DNA of 64,000 bases from a virus (IMGVR_UViG_3300037483_001818); one strand, 5' to 3'. Shown: positions 1 through 10,310, counted from the stretch's first letter. Notes: generated from the letters alone by a model not told the origin. Numbers and translations are program-made.

Positions 1-176
1 CTTCGACGATCCGAATGGCTATGTGCAGGCATTCGACTCGATCGAGGATCAGGCAACCGCGGGCACGTACAACCACACCTGGACCTACTCACCAGGCCAG
101 GGCACGCAGGTGCGCGAGATCGCGATCCAGTAGCGCAGCTCGATCTACTGGCGGACCGAGCTGTCGAGGAGAACCC

Positions 177-656
177 ATGAAGAATGAACCTGTCGTCTTC
201 CTCAAGACCGATGCAGAATACTCCTGGCTCGCCGTGCTCGATCCGGCCAGTGGTAAGCGTGGACGCTACACCGTCTATCGTGTCTACTACTGGGGCAACA
301 AGGGTGCGGACATCGTTGGGCGCGAGATTGATCTCCGAACTGCGCGGAAGCTCGCCGACAAGTACGAGCCCGACAAGGCCCGGTCCAAGGGTCCAAATTT
401 CGACCACCAGTGCGACTGGCGTAAAGCCGCGCGCATGCTGGCCAAGTGCGTTGTTGCGACGATCCAGGCCGGTGGCAAGATCGGCATGGGGACCGGGATG
501 GTGCTGAAAATGGTCGACGGGAAGACGTCCCTCGAACGCTGGGACAAGGACTTCGTCGAAGCGCTCGACTTCATCGGGATCGAGATGGTCGACAAGAAGT
601 CGGGAAATCCGAAGAAGCCGAAGAAGCGCAAAGCGGTCCGTGGAGCACGGGCATGA
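177..656 (+). CDS. hypothetical protein
   Basis: GAGGAG before ATG at 177; stop overlaps next start. Confidence 0.7.
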   Translation: MKNEPVVFLKTDAEYSWLAVLDPASGKRGRYTVYRVYYWGNKGADIVGREIDLRTARKLADKYEPDKARSKGPNFDHQCDWRKAARMLAKCVVATIQAGGKIGMGTGMVLKMVDGKTSLERWDKDFVEALDFIGIEMVDKKSGNPKKPKKRKAVRGARA

Positions 657-940
657 AGTGCCTCGAATGTGGAGAGCTGATGTCGAAGTCATCCGGCGAT
701 CACGCTTACGGCTACGATCACGGCAAGAAGCTTCTGCTGCGCGAGATGACGTTTCGACGCTGTGCCTGCGGACGATACGAGATCGAGATCCCTCGCATCG
801 GACCGCTGCACGAAGCAATCGCTCAGGCGCTGAGCGTGTTGCGGGTCCCGCGCGAGAAGCTGGTTTTCTTCTTCGAGCATGGTGTCAAGGGTGTTGAGGA
901 CGGCGCATGGGGCGTGTCGCTTTTGTCGTCCGCGCCATAG
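653..940 (+). CDS. YgiT/MqsA-type zinc-ribbon protein without HTH
   Basis: MKCLECG...RRCACGRYEIEIPRIGPLHEAIAQAL resembles the N-terminal Zn-ribbon of MqsA-like antitoxins. Confidence 0.6.
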   Translation: MKCLECGELMSKSSGDHAYGYDHGKKLLLREMTFRRCACGRYEIEIPRIGPLHEAIAQALSVLRVPREKLVFFFEHGVKGVEDGAWGVSLLSSAP

Positions 941-974
941 ACGGCTCGGGAGTGATCCCGCCACAGGCTCGTGC

Positions 975-1016
975 TTGACAGCCTTCGGCCGCATGTGGCT
1001 ACATCAGTCGCTACAT
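975..1016 (+). promoter_or_regulatory. Putative promoter/operator of the RHH gene
   Basis: Perfect TTGACA at 975-980; GCTACAT direct repeat at 998-1004 and 1010-1016. Confidence 0.35.
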
Positions 1017-1197
1017 GCCGAAGCCGCCCGTCAAGTCCGTCATGGTGCGTTTCCGCGCCGGTCCGAAGGAGCTTGCCGCATGGAAGCGACTCTCTCGCGC
1101 GGATGCGATGACCCTTTCGAACTGGATCCGCGATAGCTTGAATGCACGGCGTGACGAGTCGTCCACGCAGCTTGCTACCGGCCGGGATCGTGGGTAA
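1015..1197 (+). CDS. ribbon-helix-helix DNA-binding protein
   Basis: VMVRFR strand, helix, then TLSNWIRDSLN (CopG/MobC-like pattern). Confidence 0.6.
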   Translation: MPKPPVKSVMVRFRAGPKELAAWKRLSRADAMTLSNWIRDSLNARRDESSTQLATGRDRG

Positions 1198-1293
1198 TGC
1201 CGTGAAAGGCATCGTCTTCGTCAACGATCGCAGCGCGGTGCACGTTCTCCCTCGTGCTGAGATCCGCCTTCGGCCTTCGAAGGAGGAGCCTCG

Positions 1294-1596
1294 GTGACGC
1301 AGGATAAGTTCCAGATCGTCAGCGAAAGCCTCGTGGGTCGCGGGCTTTCGTTCGCCGTTGCCGCGTTCGGTGTATCCAAGGAGCGCGACGCGGCACTCGT
1401 CGACGTGGCCGAGGCGGTTTACCAGCAGGGTCGTGACTCTGCGCGCCTGTCATACGATGATCGCTTCGATCTGCACTGCGCCGTCGAGGCGTTGCGTGCT
1501 CTGGCGGTGATCGTCGGCCCGACGCCGACGGGTGATCGTTATCGACGCTGCTCCGACGTCATCGCTCGCCTGCTCCAAGATCAGGAGGGCGCGTGA
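1294..1596 (+). CDS. hypothetical protein
   Basis: GGAGGAG upstream; overlap chain. Confidence 0.65.
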   Translation: MTQDKFQIVSESLVGRGLSFAVAAFGVSKERDAALVDVAEAVYQQGRDSARLSYDDRFDLHCAVEALRALAVIVGPTPTGDRYRRCSDVIARLLQDQEGA

Positions 1597-1826
1597 GTAC
1601 GAAGAAGCCGAATGATCCTGATCGACTGTTCTCGACGGTCAGTCGTTATTTCGAGCGGATGGGTCGCACCGAATTTCCGACGGTTCGTCGCGTGTCTCGA
1701 ACACTGCGCTGGAGCTATCCGCGCATCCTGCAAGCGGTGGCAGATGGCTCCGATCGCATGTTCACGACGAGCCACAACACGTCACCGGAGCCGATGCTGG
1801 GCGAGCATTACGTGGAGATCTACTGA
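1593..1826 (+). CDS. hypothetical protein
   Basis: GTGA overlap chain. Confidence 0.6.
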   Translation: MSTKKPNDPDRLFSTVSRYFERMGRTEFPTVRRVSRTLRWSYPRILQAVADGSDRMFTTSHNTSPEPMLGEHYVEIY

Positions 1827-2431
1827 TGGCCATGAAGCTCGACAAGCGGAAAAAGCTTACCGCAGCCGGCTGGCAAGTTGGATCGGCAGCCGAGTTCCTC
1901 AAGCTCTCGGACGAGGAGTCTCGTCAGGTCGACGATCGGCTGTTGCAGCAAGGGCGTTTGACCTGGGTGGCGGTTCCTGACGACGTCGTTACCAGGCACG
2001 CGATTTGGCACGCGACGCGTTCAGCCGTTCAGCTCGATGGAATGTCGAGCGTCGTTTCGCCCGAGACGATCTCGACGATCTGTCGGGGATCATTTCCGCG
2101 TTACAAGATCTCGCGGACCGCGCAAATACAGCCAGAACTCTTGAACGCGCACTTCTGCCCATGCTGTGAACACGATCTTCGCCTCCCTGACGGATGGACG
2201 TTCGAGTCGTTCCCGCGCGACGAGCACTACGCGTTACTCAGCACGCCTTCACCACGTCGCTACATGGCGACGATCGACTTCCGTGCACGCGGGTTCCGTA
2301 GCGGTCACAGCACGACGGGGCGGATCGTCGGCGAGGAATGGAACAAGCCTCGCAAGAAGTATGTCGGGCGGGGCTGGAGGCAGATGCTCGTCGATGATGC
2401 CGCCGCGCACCTCCAGGAGGTGCTGCGATGA
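1826..2431 (+). CDS. hypothetical protein with an XRE/HigA-type antitoxin-like N-terminus
   Basis: KRKKLTAAGWQVGSAAEFLKLSDEES resembles the N-terminus of a common XRE antitoxin family; the rest is unrelated. Confidence 0.55.
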   Translation: MAMKLDKRKKLTAAGWQVGSAAEFLKLSDEESRQVDDRLLQQGRLTWVAVPDDVVTRHAIWHATRSAVQLDGMSSVVSPETISTICRGSFPRYKISRTAQIQPELLNAHFCPCCEHDLRLPDGWTFESFPRDEHYALLSTPSPRRYMATIDFRARGFRSGHSTTGRIVGEEWNKPRKKYVGRGWRQMLVDDAAAHLQEVLR

Positions 2432-2901
2432 TCGACGACCTGACGTGCCTGCTTCATCACGCCCCGATTCCATGTGCGACGTGCGTCACCAACGGTCTTG
2501 CGAAGTGGCCCCCGATTTTAGGTGACGATTGCGGACCTCTGAGTGACATCGCGGCGCGGGAGGGATACGAGCGGCTGCGGGGTGAAGTGGAGCGGCTGCG
2601 CATGCAGCACGAGGTCGCGGTCAACGCAGCCGAGCTGATGACAGTCGCCCACGATCGCGTTCGCGCCCTCGTCGCCGCCCTCACCTCTCAGCGGGATGAG
2701 GCGCGGGTGGAGGTGGAGCGACTCAACCGAGATGTTGAACGCGTCGACGCTATGACGGTTGTCGAGGTGCAGCACGAGACCGCCGAGCAGATCGCTGTGT
2801 TCGTTGGGGACAGCATGAACACTGAGGCACCCGGCGACTGGCGACTTTTGCCGCGGCGGATCCGCGCGATGGAATGGAAGAGGGTCAAGACGCCCGCATG
2901 A
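2428..2901 (+). CDS. coiled-coil hypothetical protein (C-terminal module shared with 3805-4380)
   Basis: Overlap chain; ends GDWRLLPRRIRAMEWK. Confidence 0.7.
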   Translation: MIDDLTCLLHHAPIPCATCVTNGLAKWPPILGDDCGPLSDIAAREGYERLRGEVERLRMQHEVAVNAAELMTVAHDRVRALVAALTSQRDEARVEVERLNRDVERVDAMTVVEVQHETAEQIAVFVGDSMNTEAPGDWRLLPRRIRAMEWKRVKTPA

Positions 2902-3812
2902 GCCGTACAACGTCGAACTACGTGACGGTGATCCGCTGCGATTCACCGGTCTGCCCCACGGTTGGCGGTGCGCGGTTCATGACCGCTTCGATCGCGACGA
3001 TGGCACGCCTTCAGGCGAAGGACGCCAGGTGGGAGCGCCTCCCTGCGTGGACGATCACCGACGAGGATAGCCCCCGCCGGAAGTACGACATTTGTCCGGC
3101 CGAGGCACCCGCGGCCCTCGAGCGTAAGGCACGGCGGCCGGAGATACTTGCGGCGCAGCGCCTCGCTCGAAAGCTGCAACGCGGCTGGGTGAAGCAAGCC
3201 GTGTGTTTGCGACGTGCCGAGCGCCAGATCGCGCGTCGCATGCGAGAACTGGCGAAGATCGAGAAGCAGAATCGGCGTACGCAGCGCAACGAGCGTTTGA
3301 ACGCCGGCACCGCCGTCGAGCGTTTCCGTGCTGGCGAGGCCGTTCCGCTCGAAGACTTCGTCAAAGAGGGTGCGTTTCCACGCTTGCAGCCCGTGTCGGC
3401 AGACACGAAGGTGGAGGGCGAGTTTGCGGATGACGGCACGTGGCGCAGCGCCGACGATCCGAGCGTCCTGGCCGAGGTGGAGGCAACGCGCGTCAGCGAG
3501 ATCGAGTCGTTTCCAGCGGCCCGGAAGCCCCGGAAGCTCCGTACTGGACCGACGGTGCTCGACGTGATCGAGCGAATTTTGCGCGTGTGTGGTGAGGCGA
3601 TGACGGTGGCGGACATCGTGAGCCACGCGATCGGGGATCTGGCACTGCCCACCACGAGTAAGACGCCCAAGACGATCGTCGCTCGGGATCTGGCGCTCGA
3701 TATCAGGGCCGATGCACGTGGATCGCGGTTTGTGCGAACCGCGCCGGGGATGTTCATGCTGCGTGATCATTGGGTGGCGATCGCAAGCGCGAAGGAGGTG
3801 GCCGGTGGCTGA
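2898..3812 (+). CDS. protein with C-terminal HARE-HTH (HB1/ASXL/restriction endonuclease) domain
   Basis: TVLDVIERILRVCGEAMTVADIV...SKTPKTIVARDL...SRFVRTAPGMFML. Confidence 0.7.
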   Translation: MSRTTSNYVTVIRCDSPVCPTVGGARFMTASIATMARLQAKDARWERLPAWTITDEDSPRRKYDICPAEAPAALERKARRPEILAAQRLARKLQRGWVKQAVCLRRAERQIARRMRELAKIEKQNRRTQRNERLNAGTAVERFRAGEAVPLEDFVKEGAFPRLQPVSADTKVEGEFADDGTWRSADDPSVLAEVEATRVSEIESFPAARKPRKLRTGPTVLDVIERILRVCGEAMTVADIVSHAIGDLALPTTSKTPKTIVARDLALDIRADARGSRFVRTAPGMFMLRDHWVAIASAKEVAGG

Positions 3813-4380
3813 AATTCCTACATACCCTGACGAGACCGACGACGATCGTCGCATTGGTGCGCTGCACTCAGCGGTCGCAGGCGCCCAGGCGGAATGCGAG
3901 CGGCTGCGGGGTGAACTTGCGACGAGCAAGATGCACCTCGCTGGAATGGAGGAGATCAACCAGCGGAACGCCGAGACCAACCGCAAGGCGCTCGATCTCC
4001 TCGGCATCAAGTATCCCGGTTTGTGTAACGACAAGGTCTGGGGCGGCGGCATCGTCGAGGGCATCGAGCAGCTCATCACCGAACGCGACTCCGCCCACGC
4101 TCAACTGGCCCGCAGCAGGAGCGTGTCGGCGTGGGCGGCGCAGTCGCGAGCGATTGCGAAGCTGACGAAGGAGCGGGACGAGGCAATGACAGCGCAAGAC
4201 GCTTTCGCTCGCGGGCAGTACGGGCAGTACGACTACGACAACCTGCTTCGTCAGCATGGGGCAGAAGTCGCCGAGCAGATCGCAATGTTCGTCAGGGATA
4301 GTCTTGACACTGACGCCCCCGGTGATTGGCGGCTTCTGCCGCGCCGAATCCGCGCGATGGAATGGAAGAAGAAGCCGTGA
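3805..4380 (+). CDS. coiled-coil hypothetical protein (C-terminal module shared with 2428-2901)
   Basis: GGAGG then GTG at 3805; ends GDWRLLPRRIRAMEWK. Confidence 0.7.
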   Translation: MAEIPTYPDETDDDRRIGALHSAVAGAQAECERLRGELATSKMHLAGMEEINQRNAETNRKALDLLGIKYPGLCNDKVWGGGIVEGIEQLITERDSAHAQLARSRSVSAWAAQSRAIAKLTKERDEAMTAQDAFARGQYGQYDYDNLLRQHGAEVAEQIAMFVRDSLDTDAPGDWRLLPRRIRAMEWKKKP

Positions 4381-4450
4381 GCCTTCGCGAGTTGGCAGCG
4401 AAGACGGCCGATCGCATCATCCAAGCGCCGCACTCCAAAGGACGGGCAGG

Positions 4451-4657
4451 GTGAGGCTCGCAGTTAGCCTGGACGCGTCGGAAGTCGAGTGCCCGCATTG
4501 CGGTTCGCTACCTCTGTTCCCGTGCCGTACGCCGAAGGGCCGTAACATCACGGGCTATCACGGGCTGCGCGCGGCAAACGCGGAACGCATCGCTCATCGC
4601 GTGGCCGCCGATGTCGAACTTCGTGAGCGTCAAGCACGCCGTGGGAGCAAGCCGTGA
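4451..4657 (+). CDS. small zinc-finger protein
   Basis: CPHCGSLPLFPCRTPKG...H, a phage-type C3H finger. Confidence 0.55.
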   Translation: MRLAVSLDASEVECPHCGSLPLFPCRTPKGRNITGYHGLRAANAERIAHRVAADVELRERQARRGSKP

Positions 4658-4983
4658 GCACCGTGGAGGAAGCGGTAGATCCGATCGAGCTGGCGCGCGA
4701 AGTCGTGGCTTGGCGTGAGTGGATGGCGATGACCCCGAACCAACGGCGAGCGATGCGCGAAGAAGACATCCCTCTGATGCCCAGGGTGGATCATCCTGAT
4801 CTGCTCCTCGCCCGCGCGCTGCTCGCGCGCCACGACGTCGCGGCGTTTGTCGTCGAGCTTGCCACCGAGGACTGTTCGTACGGAGACGACTGTCCTAGCA
4901 GCGCGCGGCACTATCGCTGCCTGCGCTGCAAGGCGCTACACGTTGCCGCCGCTGCTCGCCTAATGCCGGGAGGTGCACCGTGA
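4654..4983 (+). CDS. hypothetical Cys-rich protein
   Basis: Overlap chain. Confidence 0.6.
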   Translation: MSTVEEAVDPIELAREVVAWREWMAMTPNQRRAMREEDIPLMPRVDHPDLLLARALLARHDVAAFVVELATEDCSYGDDCPSSARHYRCLRCKALHVAAAARLMPGGAP

Positions 4984-5393
4984 GTGACGAGGTGTGGGTG
5001 TTCGGTCACCGTGCCGCTATTTTGTTCCCGGATATCGATCGGTTGACTCCGGGTTCTTACGGGCTTGTTACGACGAGCATCGACGCGAACCAGAGCTTCC
5101 GCGTGATCGCTGCACGCGTAGGAGCCGACTATCCACAGTCATGGTTCTTGCGCCTGGTGCGAAGGCTTCCTGGCGGGAAGCGGCTGCTTCGCCGTCGTGA
5201 TGCCGCTGTGCGTGTGCGCGCAACGGCGCAGACGCGGATCGATCACGTAGCCGTCGATAACTTCGCGACGCTGCCGGACAAGTGTGCCGAGCTGCCGATG
5301 GTTATCGCGGGCGGTGAGATCTCGGTGCGCGTGACCAATACCGGTGATCGGCCGCTCGTCGTGCGTGTGCTCGTCGAAGGTGTGCTGTCGTGA
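4980..5393 (+). CDS. hypothetical protein
   Basis: Overlap chain. Confidence 0.6.
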   Translation: MSDEVWVFGHRAAILFPDIDRLTPGSYGLVTTSIDANQSFRVIAARVGADYPQSWFLRLVRRLPGGKRLLRRRDAAVRVRATAQTRIDHVAVDNFATLPDKCAELPMVIAGGEISVRVTNTGDRPLVVRVLVEGVLS

Positions 5394-5959
5394 GCCCCCA
5401 AGCAATCCCGTGTCGGATGTGTCAGGCCGCGCCGGGGGAGCTGTGCAAGTACAAGAACGCGTGGATCCCACGGGGAACGGTGCTCGGCGGACACGATCGT
5501 CGCACGCCCAAGAGTTACCGCTGCTACCACTACAAGCGGGTCGCGGATGCGGATCTCGTGCACGACGCCACCGCGGCGCCGCGAAAGCAACGTCGTCGGC
5601 TGGTGCGTGATGAGGGCAGGGCGCCGGGATGCACGCTCGTCCAGACCGCGACAGCTTTAGCTACGACAGTCGCAGCCGCGGCAGAACGGCGAGCATTCTT
5701 CGCCGAGCGTTCACCGGGCGATAAGATCTCGTGGGGAGTCGGTCGCTCGGGTGTCATCCAAAAGATCGAGGACGACTACGTCACGATCTTAGATGACGGA
5801 TGGCCAGCGGATCCGCCATTGATCTTCTACCGTGCGCCGTTCGTGGTGCGAATGGAGATCATCATCTTGGTAAGGCTTGCGCTTGTTGATGAGGCGCTGC
5901 CGATGGGAGATGGGGAGATGGAGGTGTTGGATGACAACCGGACAGGCATGGATCGATGA
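5390..5959 (+). CDS. zinc-finger hypothetical protein
   Basis: IPCRMCQAAPGELC...H. Confidence 0.6.
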   Translation: MSPQAIPCRMCQAAPGELCKYKNAWIPRGTVLGGHDRRTPKSYRCYHYKRVADADLVHDATAAPRKQRRRLVRDEGRAPGCTLVQTATALATTVAAAAERRAFFAERSPGDKISWGVGRSGVIQKIEDDYVTILDDGWPADPPLIFYRAPFVVRMEIIILVRLALVDEALPMGDGEMEVLDDNRTGMDR

Positions 5960-6225
5960 GTGCTTTGAAAGTCTTCGTCGTCCATGTCTACGATGCACGC
6001 GATCAGCTGCACGACTACTATGTGCACCAGACGGTGTCGCCCGCTATACGGCAGGCCGCGATCGACGTCGTTGGTGGACGCTTCGGAGCTGGCGATCCTT
6101 GCTCCTTCGAGATCGAACTCCAACGCGTGATCGATGCGGTCTACGAGGAGCCGGGCACCGGTCGACGGCACGTGCGCTGCGACTCGTGGCGTGCACACGT
6201 TGATGAGATGCAGGTGCTGACATGA
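5956..6225 (+). CDS. hypothetical protein
   Basis: ATGA overlap chain. Confidence 0.6.
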   Translation: MSALKVFVVHVYDARDQLHDYYVHQTVSPAIRQAAIDVVGGRFGAGDPCSFEIELQRVIDAVYEEPGTGRRHVRCDSWRAHVDEMQVLT

Positions 6226-6238
6226 ACGGGGGCGGGCA

Positions 6239-6439
6239 GTGAACATGCAGCTCGACACGAGCGAAGTCCAAGCGGCCGTTACCGACTATCTCCGCAGGCG
6301 CGGAGTGATCATCGAGGACGCGTCACAAGTGCGACTCCAAATCGTCAACCACACGGGTGAGCGGCTCAACATCGTTGGCTGCTCTGTGGTGGTAGTGGCG
6401 AACAACGTCAAGCTTCCCGATGAAGGACCGCAGCGATGA
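6239..6439 (+). CDS. hypothetical protein
   Basis: ORF in chain. Confidence 0.55.
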   Translation: MNMQLDTSEVQAAVTDYLRRRGVIIEDASQVRLQIVNHTGERLNIVGCSVVVVANNVKLPDEGPQR

Positions 6440-6828
6440 GCACAACGACGGGCGACGATGCGGCCACACACACGTGCACGTCGAGTGGCCGATCGAGCTG
6501 CACGCCGTGTATGCAGTTCGAGGCCGAGCTGTGGGATGCAGTCAATCGCTATGCGTTCTGCGTCGGGGGCGATCCGGCCAAGCACACCTACGGCAACGTG
6601 CCGCGCATGCAGGCCGTTGCAGACGTCGGCAAGGTTGTCGCGCGGACAGTCAGCGGTGGACAGGAGGTCGTGAGTTTGCGCGCGGCGTTGATCGACGTCC
6701 GCGACTTTCTTACCAGCCTCCTTGAGCGTTACGAGCTAGCTCGTGACGTGCAGAGCTTGCGTGAGGATTTGCATGATGAGGTCGAGAGGCTCGATCGCGT
6801 GCTCGACGAGACGAAGGAGAAGCCGTGA
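6436..6828 (+). CDS. hypothetical protein
   Basis: Overlap chain. Confidence 0.65.
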   Translation: MSTTTGDDAATHTCTSSGRSSCTPCMQFEAELWDAVNRYAFCVGGDPAKHTYGNVPRMQAVADVGKVVARTVSGGQEVVSLRAALIDVRDFLTSLLERYELARDVQSLREDLHDEVERLDRVLDETKEKP

Positions 6829-7550
6829 ACAGTGAGTCTTCAGGCGTCTACACGTTCGAGCTGGCCAAGATCAGCAGCGCTGCGGTCACCTATCATCTGC
6901 GTCCCGTCGGAGCGCGTGGCTGGGTCCTTGCGACGGTGAATGACGAGACGGGCGAGCTCTCGATCAAGTCCGACTGGGGCAGCTGGTCATATCGCTGGAA
7001 CGTTTGCCACCTCGGCGCACCGACACTGACGAAGTTCATCGCGAACTGCGCTAGCTGCGACTATCTTGCCGACAAGCTGACGAGCCGTGAAGAGCGGACG
7101 TGTTTTGACGTCGACGCGACGATCAAGGTGATGCGTGCGATCGTCTGCGCGCGCCGCCTTGAGCAGGGCCGCGAGTGGAACGCGTATTACCAGGACGAAG
7201 ATCCGAAGGATCGCTGGAATCTTGCAGGGGATGCACCTGCGTGGGCCGAGACGAAGCGCGTTTGGTGCTGTGGCCGTGCAGAGCAATGGCCGTTGACACG
7301 GTCGCTCGCTCGCGAGCTGTTCGATGACGTGGGCGCGCTTCGTAACGCGGACACGGCAGATAGCGTTGTTTCCGCGTTTCAGCGCATCGACGGTTCGGAG
7401 TGGATCACCGACGAGCCGTGGGAGCACTTGAAGTACGTGCCCAGCAGGGCTTACGTCCAGCTCTTTCACGGCATTCTGCCAGCTGTCGTTGCTGCGTGCG
7501 ACGCGCATGTCCAGACTGCGGCGACGCCTGCCGTGGAGCATGGTTCATGA
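6825..7550 (+). CDS. conserved phage-type hypothetical protein
   Basis: GELSIKSDWGSWSYRW...FIANCASCDYLADKL pattern; SD upstream. Confidence 0.7.
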   Translation: MNSESSGVYTFELAKISSAAVTYHLRPVGARGWVLATVNDETGELSIKSDWGSWSYRWNVCHLGAPTLTKFIANCASCDYLADKLTSREERTCFDVDATIKVMRAIVCARRLEQGREWNAYYQDEDPKDRWNLAGDAPAWAETKRVWCCGRAEQWPLTRSLARELFDDVGALRNADTADSVVSAFQRIDGSEWITDEPWEHLKYVPSRAYVQLFHGILPAVVAACDAHVQTAATPAVEHGS

Positions 7551-7834
7551 GCGATAGCCAGAAGTCGAAGCCGTCCACGCCCGAGGTCCTCGCGCACGAG
7601 ATCTACGAGCAGGCGCTCCGCGAGACTGGTGGCGACGAGCGCGAAGCCTCGGTCAGCGTCATTCGCTTCCTCACCGAGGCGCTCGTGTACTCGGCCGGCA
7701 TGTCTGTTGGTGGGGACGAGGAGTTGCTGAGGGCGGTCCTCGGTCACATCGCTGGGATGATCGCGAAGGCTCCGCCCCATCCGATCGTCGTCGCTGTCAC
7801 CGCGGCACGTGGCGCGAAGAAGGGAGCGTCGTGA
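7547..7834 (+). CDS. hypothetical protein
   Basis: Overlap chain. Confidence 0.6.
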   Translation: MSDSQKSKPSTPEVLAHEIYEQALRETGGDEREASVSVIRFLTEALVYSAGMSVGGDEELLRAVLGHIAGMIAKAPPHPIVVAVTAARGAKKGAS

Positions 7835-8023
7835 CCAAGCGCAGTCCACTCGATCCGCGCGAGCAGGTTGCCGCCGCACTCGGCGCGCGAAGCATCTGCG
7901 CGTGGTGTGATCCGCACTTTCGCGCGCGGCACGAAGGCCGGCCGTCCGATCACACGCGGTGCGACGACTTCGAATGCGGCTGTCACTGCCAGGATCGCAC
8001 GAAGGTGAACTAGGAGGTCACGA

Positions 8024-8575
8024 ATGAGCACGCACGCGGATCACGTCACGGTGGGATGGAACGCTGACCATACTCTCCGCTGGATCGAGGCGGGACACCT
8101 GCGTCTCGAAGAGGACAAGAACGGGGCGTGCGTCTTTGTCCAGCCCCGGGCCTCGGGATCGAGCGGCTGGCTCTCAGCGGCCGAGCTCGCGGGCCTCGTT
8201 CGTCAGCTCTCGTCGTGGTTTCTCGACGATCCTGTCGAACAGATCCGTCAGATCGAGAGCTGCGCGACCTTCGTCAAGGCCGAGCTGGAGGCGTGGGACG
8301 AACGAGCGCGGATCGACGAGGAGCATCCGCCCTACGACCAGCTTGCGCGCACACTCGACATGCTGCTCGGCACGTGCAAGCGGCTGCGCGAGGAGGGGAT
8401 CTTCGCTGACCGGCCGACGAAGATGTCGCTGCCAAGCCTTGCCTCGCGGCTGCGCGATCCGGACGCGGAGAAACACACGGCGTTTCCGGCGTTCTGCCGG
8501 CAGATGCAGGGACGCGTGTACGGCGACGAGCCCCTGAACCAGGCGTGGGATTCCTTCAAGAAGGGCTGGGCATGA
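8024..8575 (+). CDS. hypothetical protein
   Basis: AGGAGG SD. Confidence 0.7.
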   Translation: MSTHADHVTVGWNADHTLRWIEAGHLRLEEDKNGACVFVQPRASGSSGWLSAAELAGLVRQLSSWFLDDPVEQIRQIESCATFVKAELEAWDERARIDEEHPPYDQLARTLDMLLGTCKRLREEGIFADRPTKMSLPSLASRLRDPDAEKHTAFPAFCRQMQGRVYGDEPLNQAWDSFKKGWA

Positions 8576-8886
8576 CCGATCAGTACGCTGCGACGGCTCC
8601 GATCCCGACGTTCGCTCTTCTCGTGATGTGCGTCGAATGTGACAAGGGTCTTGAGGTGCCTCTTCCGCTCGATCAGCATACGTATGCGCTCCATCTGGCC
8701 CAGCATGCCTGGTTCGTGGCCGTGATGTCACCGCCGGGACAGAGTTCCGAAGTTCCCATCTTGTTCGGAGCGCTTTGTACGCACTGCGCTCCGACCATTT
8801 TCCCGCCCGAGACCATGAAGGACGCCGAGGCGCGTCGGCAGCAGTTGATGGCGAGCCACCACGTACAGGTGGAGACGAAGCCATGA
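8572..8886 (+). CDS. CxxC...CxxC hypothetical protein
   Basis: CVEC...CTHC; overlap chain. Confidence 0.65.
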   Translation: MTDQYAATAPIPTFALLVMCVECDKGLEVPLPLDQHTYALHLAQHAWFVAVMSPPGQSSEVPILFGALCTHCAPTIFPPETMKDAEARRQQLMASHHVQVETKP

Positions 8887-9050
8887 CGCGCAGGGAGCGG
8901 GCGCAGGTGGTGGAGTTGCTGAAGTGCGCAGTGGACGAGCGGCCGGCCTCGGACGGATTTGCGGCTGGCGTCGTAGGCAAGGTCGACGAGAAATATTGCG
9001 CTGAGCTGCTCGAAGCCGTAGCCCGCGTCGAGCTTGGAGAGTGGCCATGA
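8883..9050 (+). CDS. small protein, TRRER...GEWP paralog family
   Basis: Similar to 9318-9437 and 12215-12490. Confidence 0.65.
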   Translation: MTRRERAQVVELLKCAVDERPASDGFAAGVVGKVDEKYCAELLEAVARVELGEWP

Positions 9051-9317
9051 AGATCGCAGGCATCACCGTCATTGGTCGTATTCCCGGCGAGGCTTTCGGC
9101 ATCAGCGGCCCGAACGCGGACTTTGCGCTGGCCGTGTACAGAGATCTGTGTGGAATACGCGTGCTCACTGGACGCCAGCGCACGCGCAAGTTGTGGCGTA
9201 AGAGGGGGCGACGATGATGATCGCACTTGCCGCACTCGTTGGAGCGCTGGTTGGCATTCAGTACGGACGCCTAGACGAGCGCGTTAACACGATCCTTCGC
9301 GTCCTCGGGTGGATACC

Positions 9318-9437
9318 ATGACTCGCCGCGTACGCACCCGCACCGTCGAGCTACTCCGCTACGCAGCGGACCGCAGCAGCCTGGCCTCTGCCGGATACGC
9401 GAGGGGTCACGCAGACGGCATTGGAGAGTGGCCGTGA
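9318..9437 (+). CDS. 39-aa member of TRRER...GEWP family (below ORF-track cutoff)
   Basis: MTRRVRTRTVELLRYAAD...GIGEWP; ATGA/GTGA overlaps on both sides. Confidence 0.55.
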   Translation: MTRRVRTRTVELLRYAADRSSLASAGYARGHADGIGEWP

Positions 9438-10310
9438 GCGAACAGGTCCGCGTGATCTCCGTGACCATCGAGATCGCCACGAATAAACGCACCGAGCGAA
9501 AGCTGCTCGTGCTCAACGGCGCCGAGACCGATGGTGACGAAACTATCGATGACTTCGTCTCGCGCGTCGACTGCGCCCTGACGAACATGACGAACAAGCT
9601 AGGGACACGCTAATGCTCGCCGACAAGGACATGCGAGGGGATGTGGTCCCATGGCACACGCGCCAGCAGCCGACACCGGAGTGGTGCCGCCTGTTCCACG
9701 GCATCGACTGCCGCTGCTGCGTCGGCGGGTTCTCGGTGCTCGACAGGCTCGTGACGCTGGTGGCGCACTCGAATGCCGACCAGTGGCGGCGTGACTTCGA
9801 CGAGAGGCAGCGCGCGGTGCAGGCGTTCGACCGGAAGTGGGAGGCTATCCATGCACGGCGAGGATGAAGACGCAGTGGCGGTGTATCCGGAGGGGTGGGA
9901 GAGCGTTGGCCCGAGGTGCCGGATCTGCTATCGCGCACTCGGCCGCGCGTTGTGTATCGACAGTGCACACGTTGCGTGCGTCGACCTGCACCGATGCCTC
10001 TCCACGCTCGCCAGCAACATCCGCGATGCGGCGATAGGATGCGCGGGGTTTGCGCTGGGTCAGCGTGCACCGCTCGGCGTCAACCGCGATGCGTGGCGGC
10101 CGAACACACAAGGGAAGGCTGCGCCATGAACACCGACACGATACCGGCACCAAGCGCCGCGACAATTCGTCGTGAACTGGACAGTGACCAGAACGGCGTG
10201 TGTCGCGTATGCGGCGCGCAGCTTGATTGGACGTGCGACGCCGTGGTTCACCAGCGGGCGGACAAGATACGCATCGAACTGCTCACCATGACTCGATCTG
10301 AAGACGTGAC

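Noticed and set aside
2943-4079. Long - strand ORFs opposite the + array (also 8174-9235, 14088-14990, 31031-31954)
   Set aside because: Typical high-GC antisense open frames with no motifs, overlapping well-supported genes.
2779-4368. Diversity-generating retroelement TR/VR pair
   Set aside because: Differences are largely synonymous and not adenine-specific, both copies are coding, and no reverse transcriptase is present.
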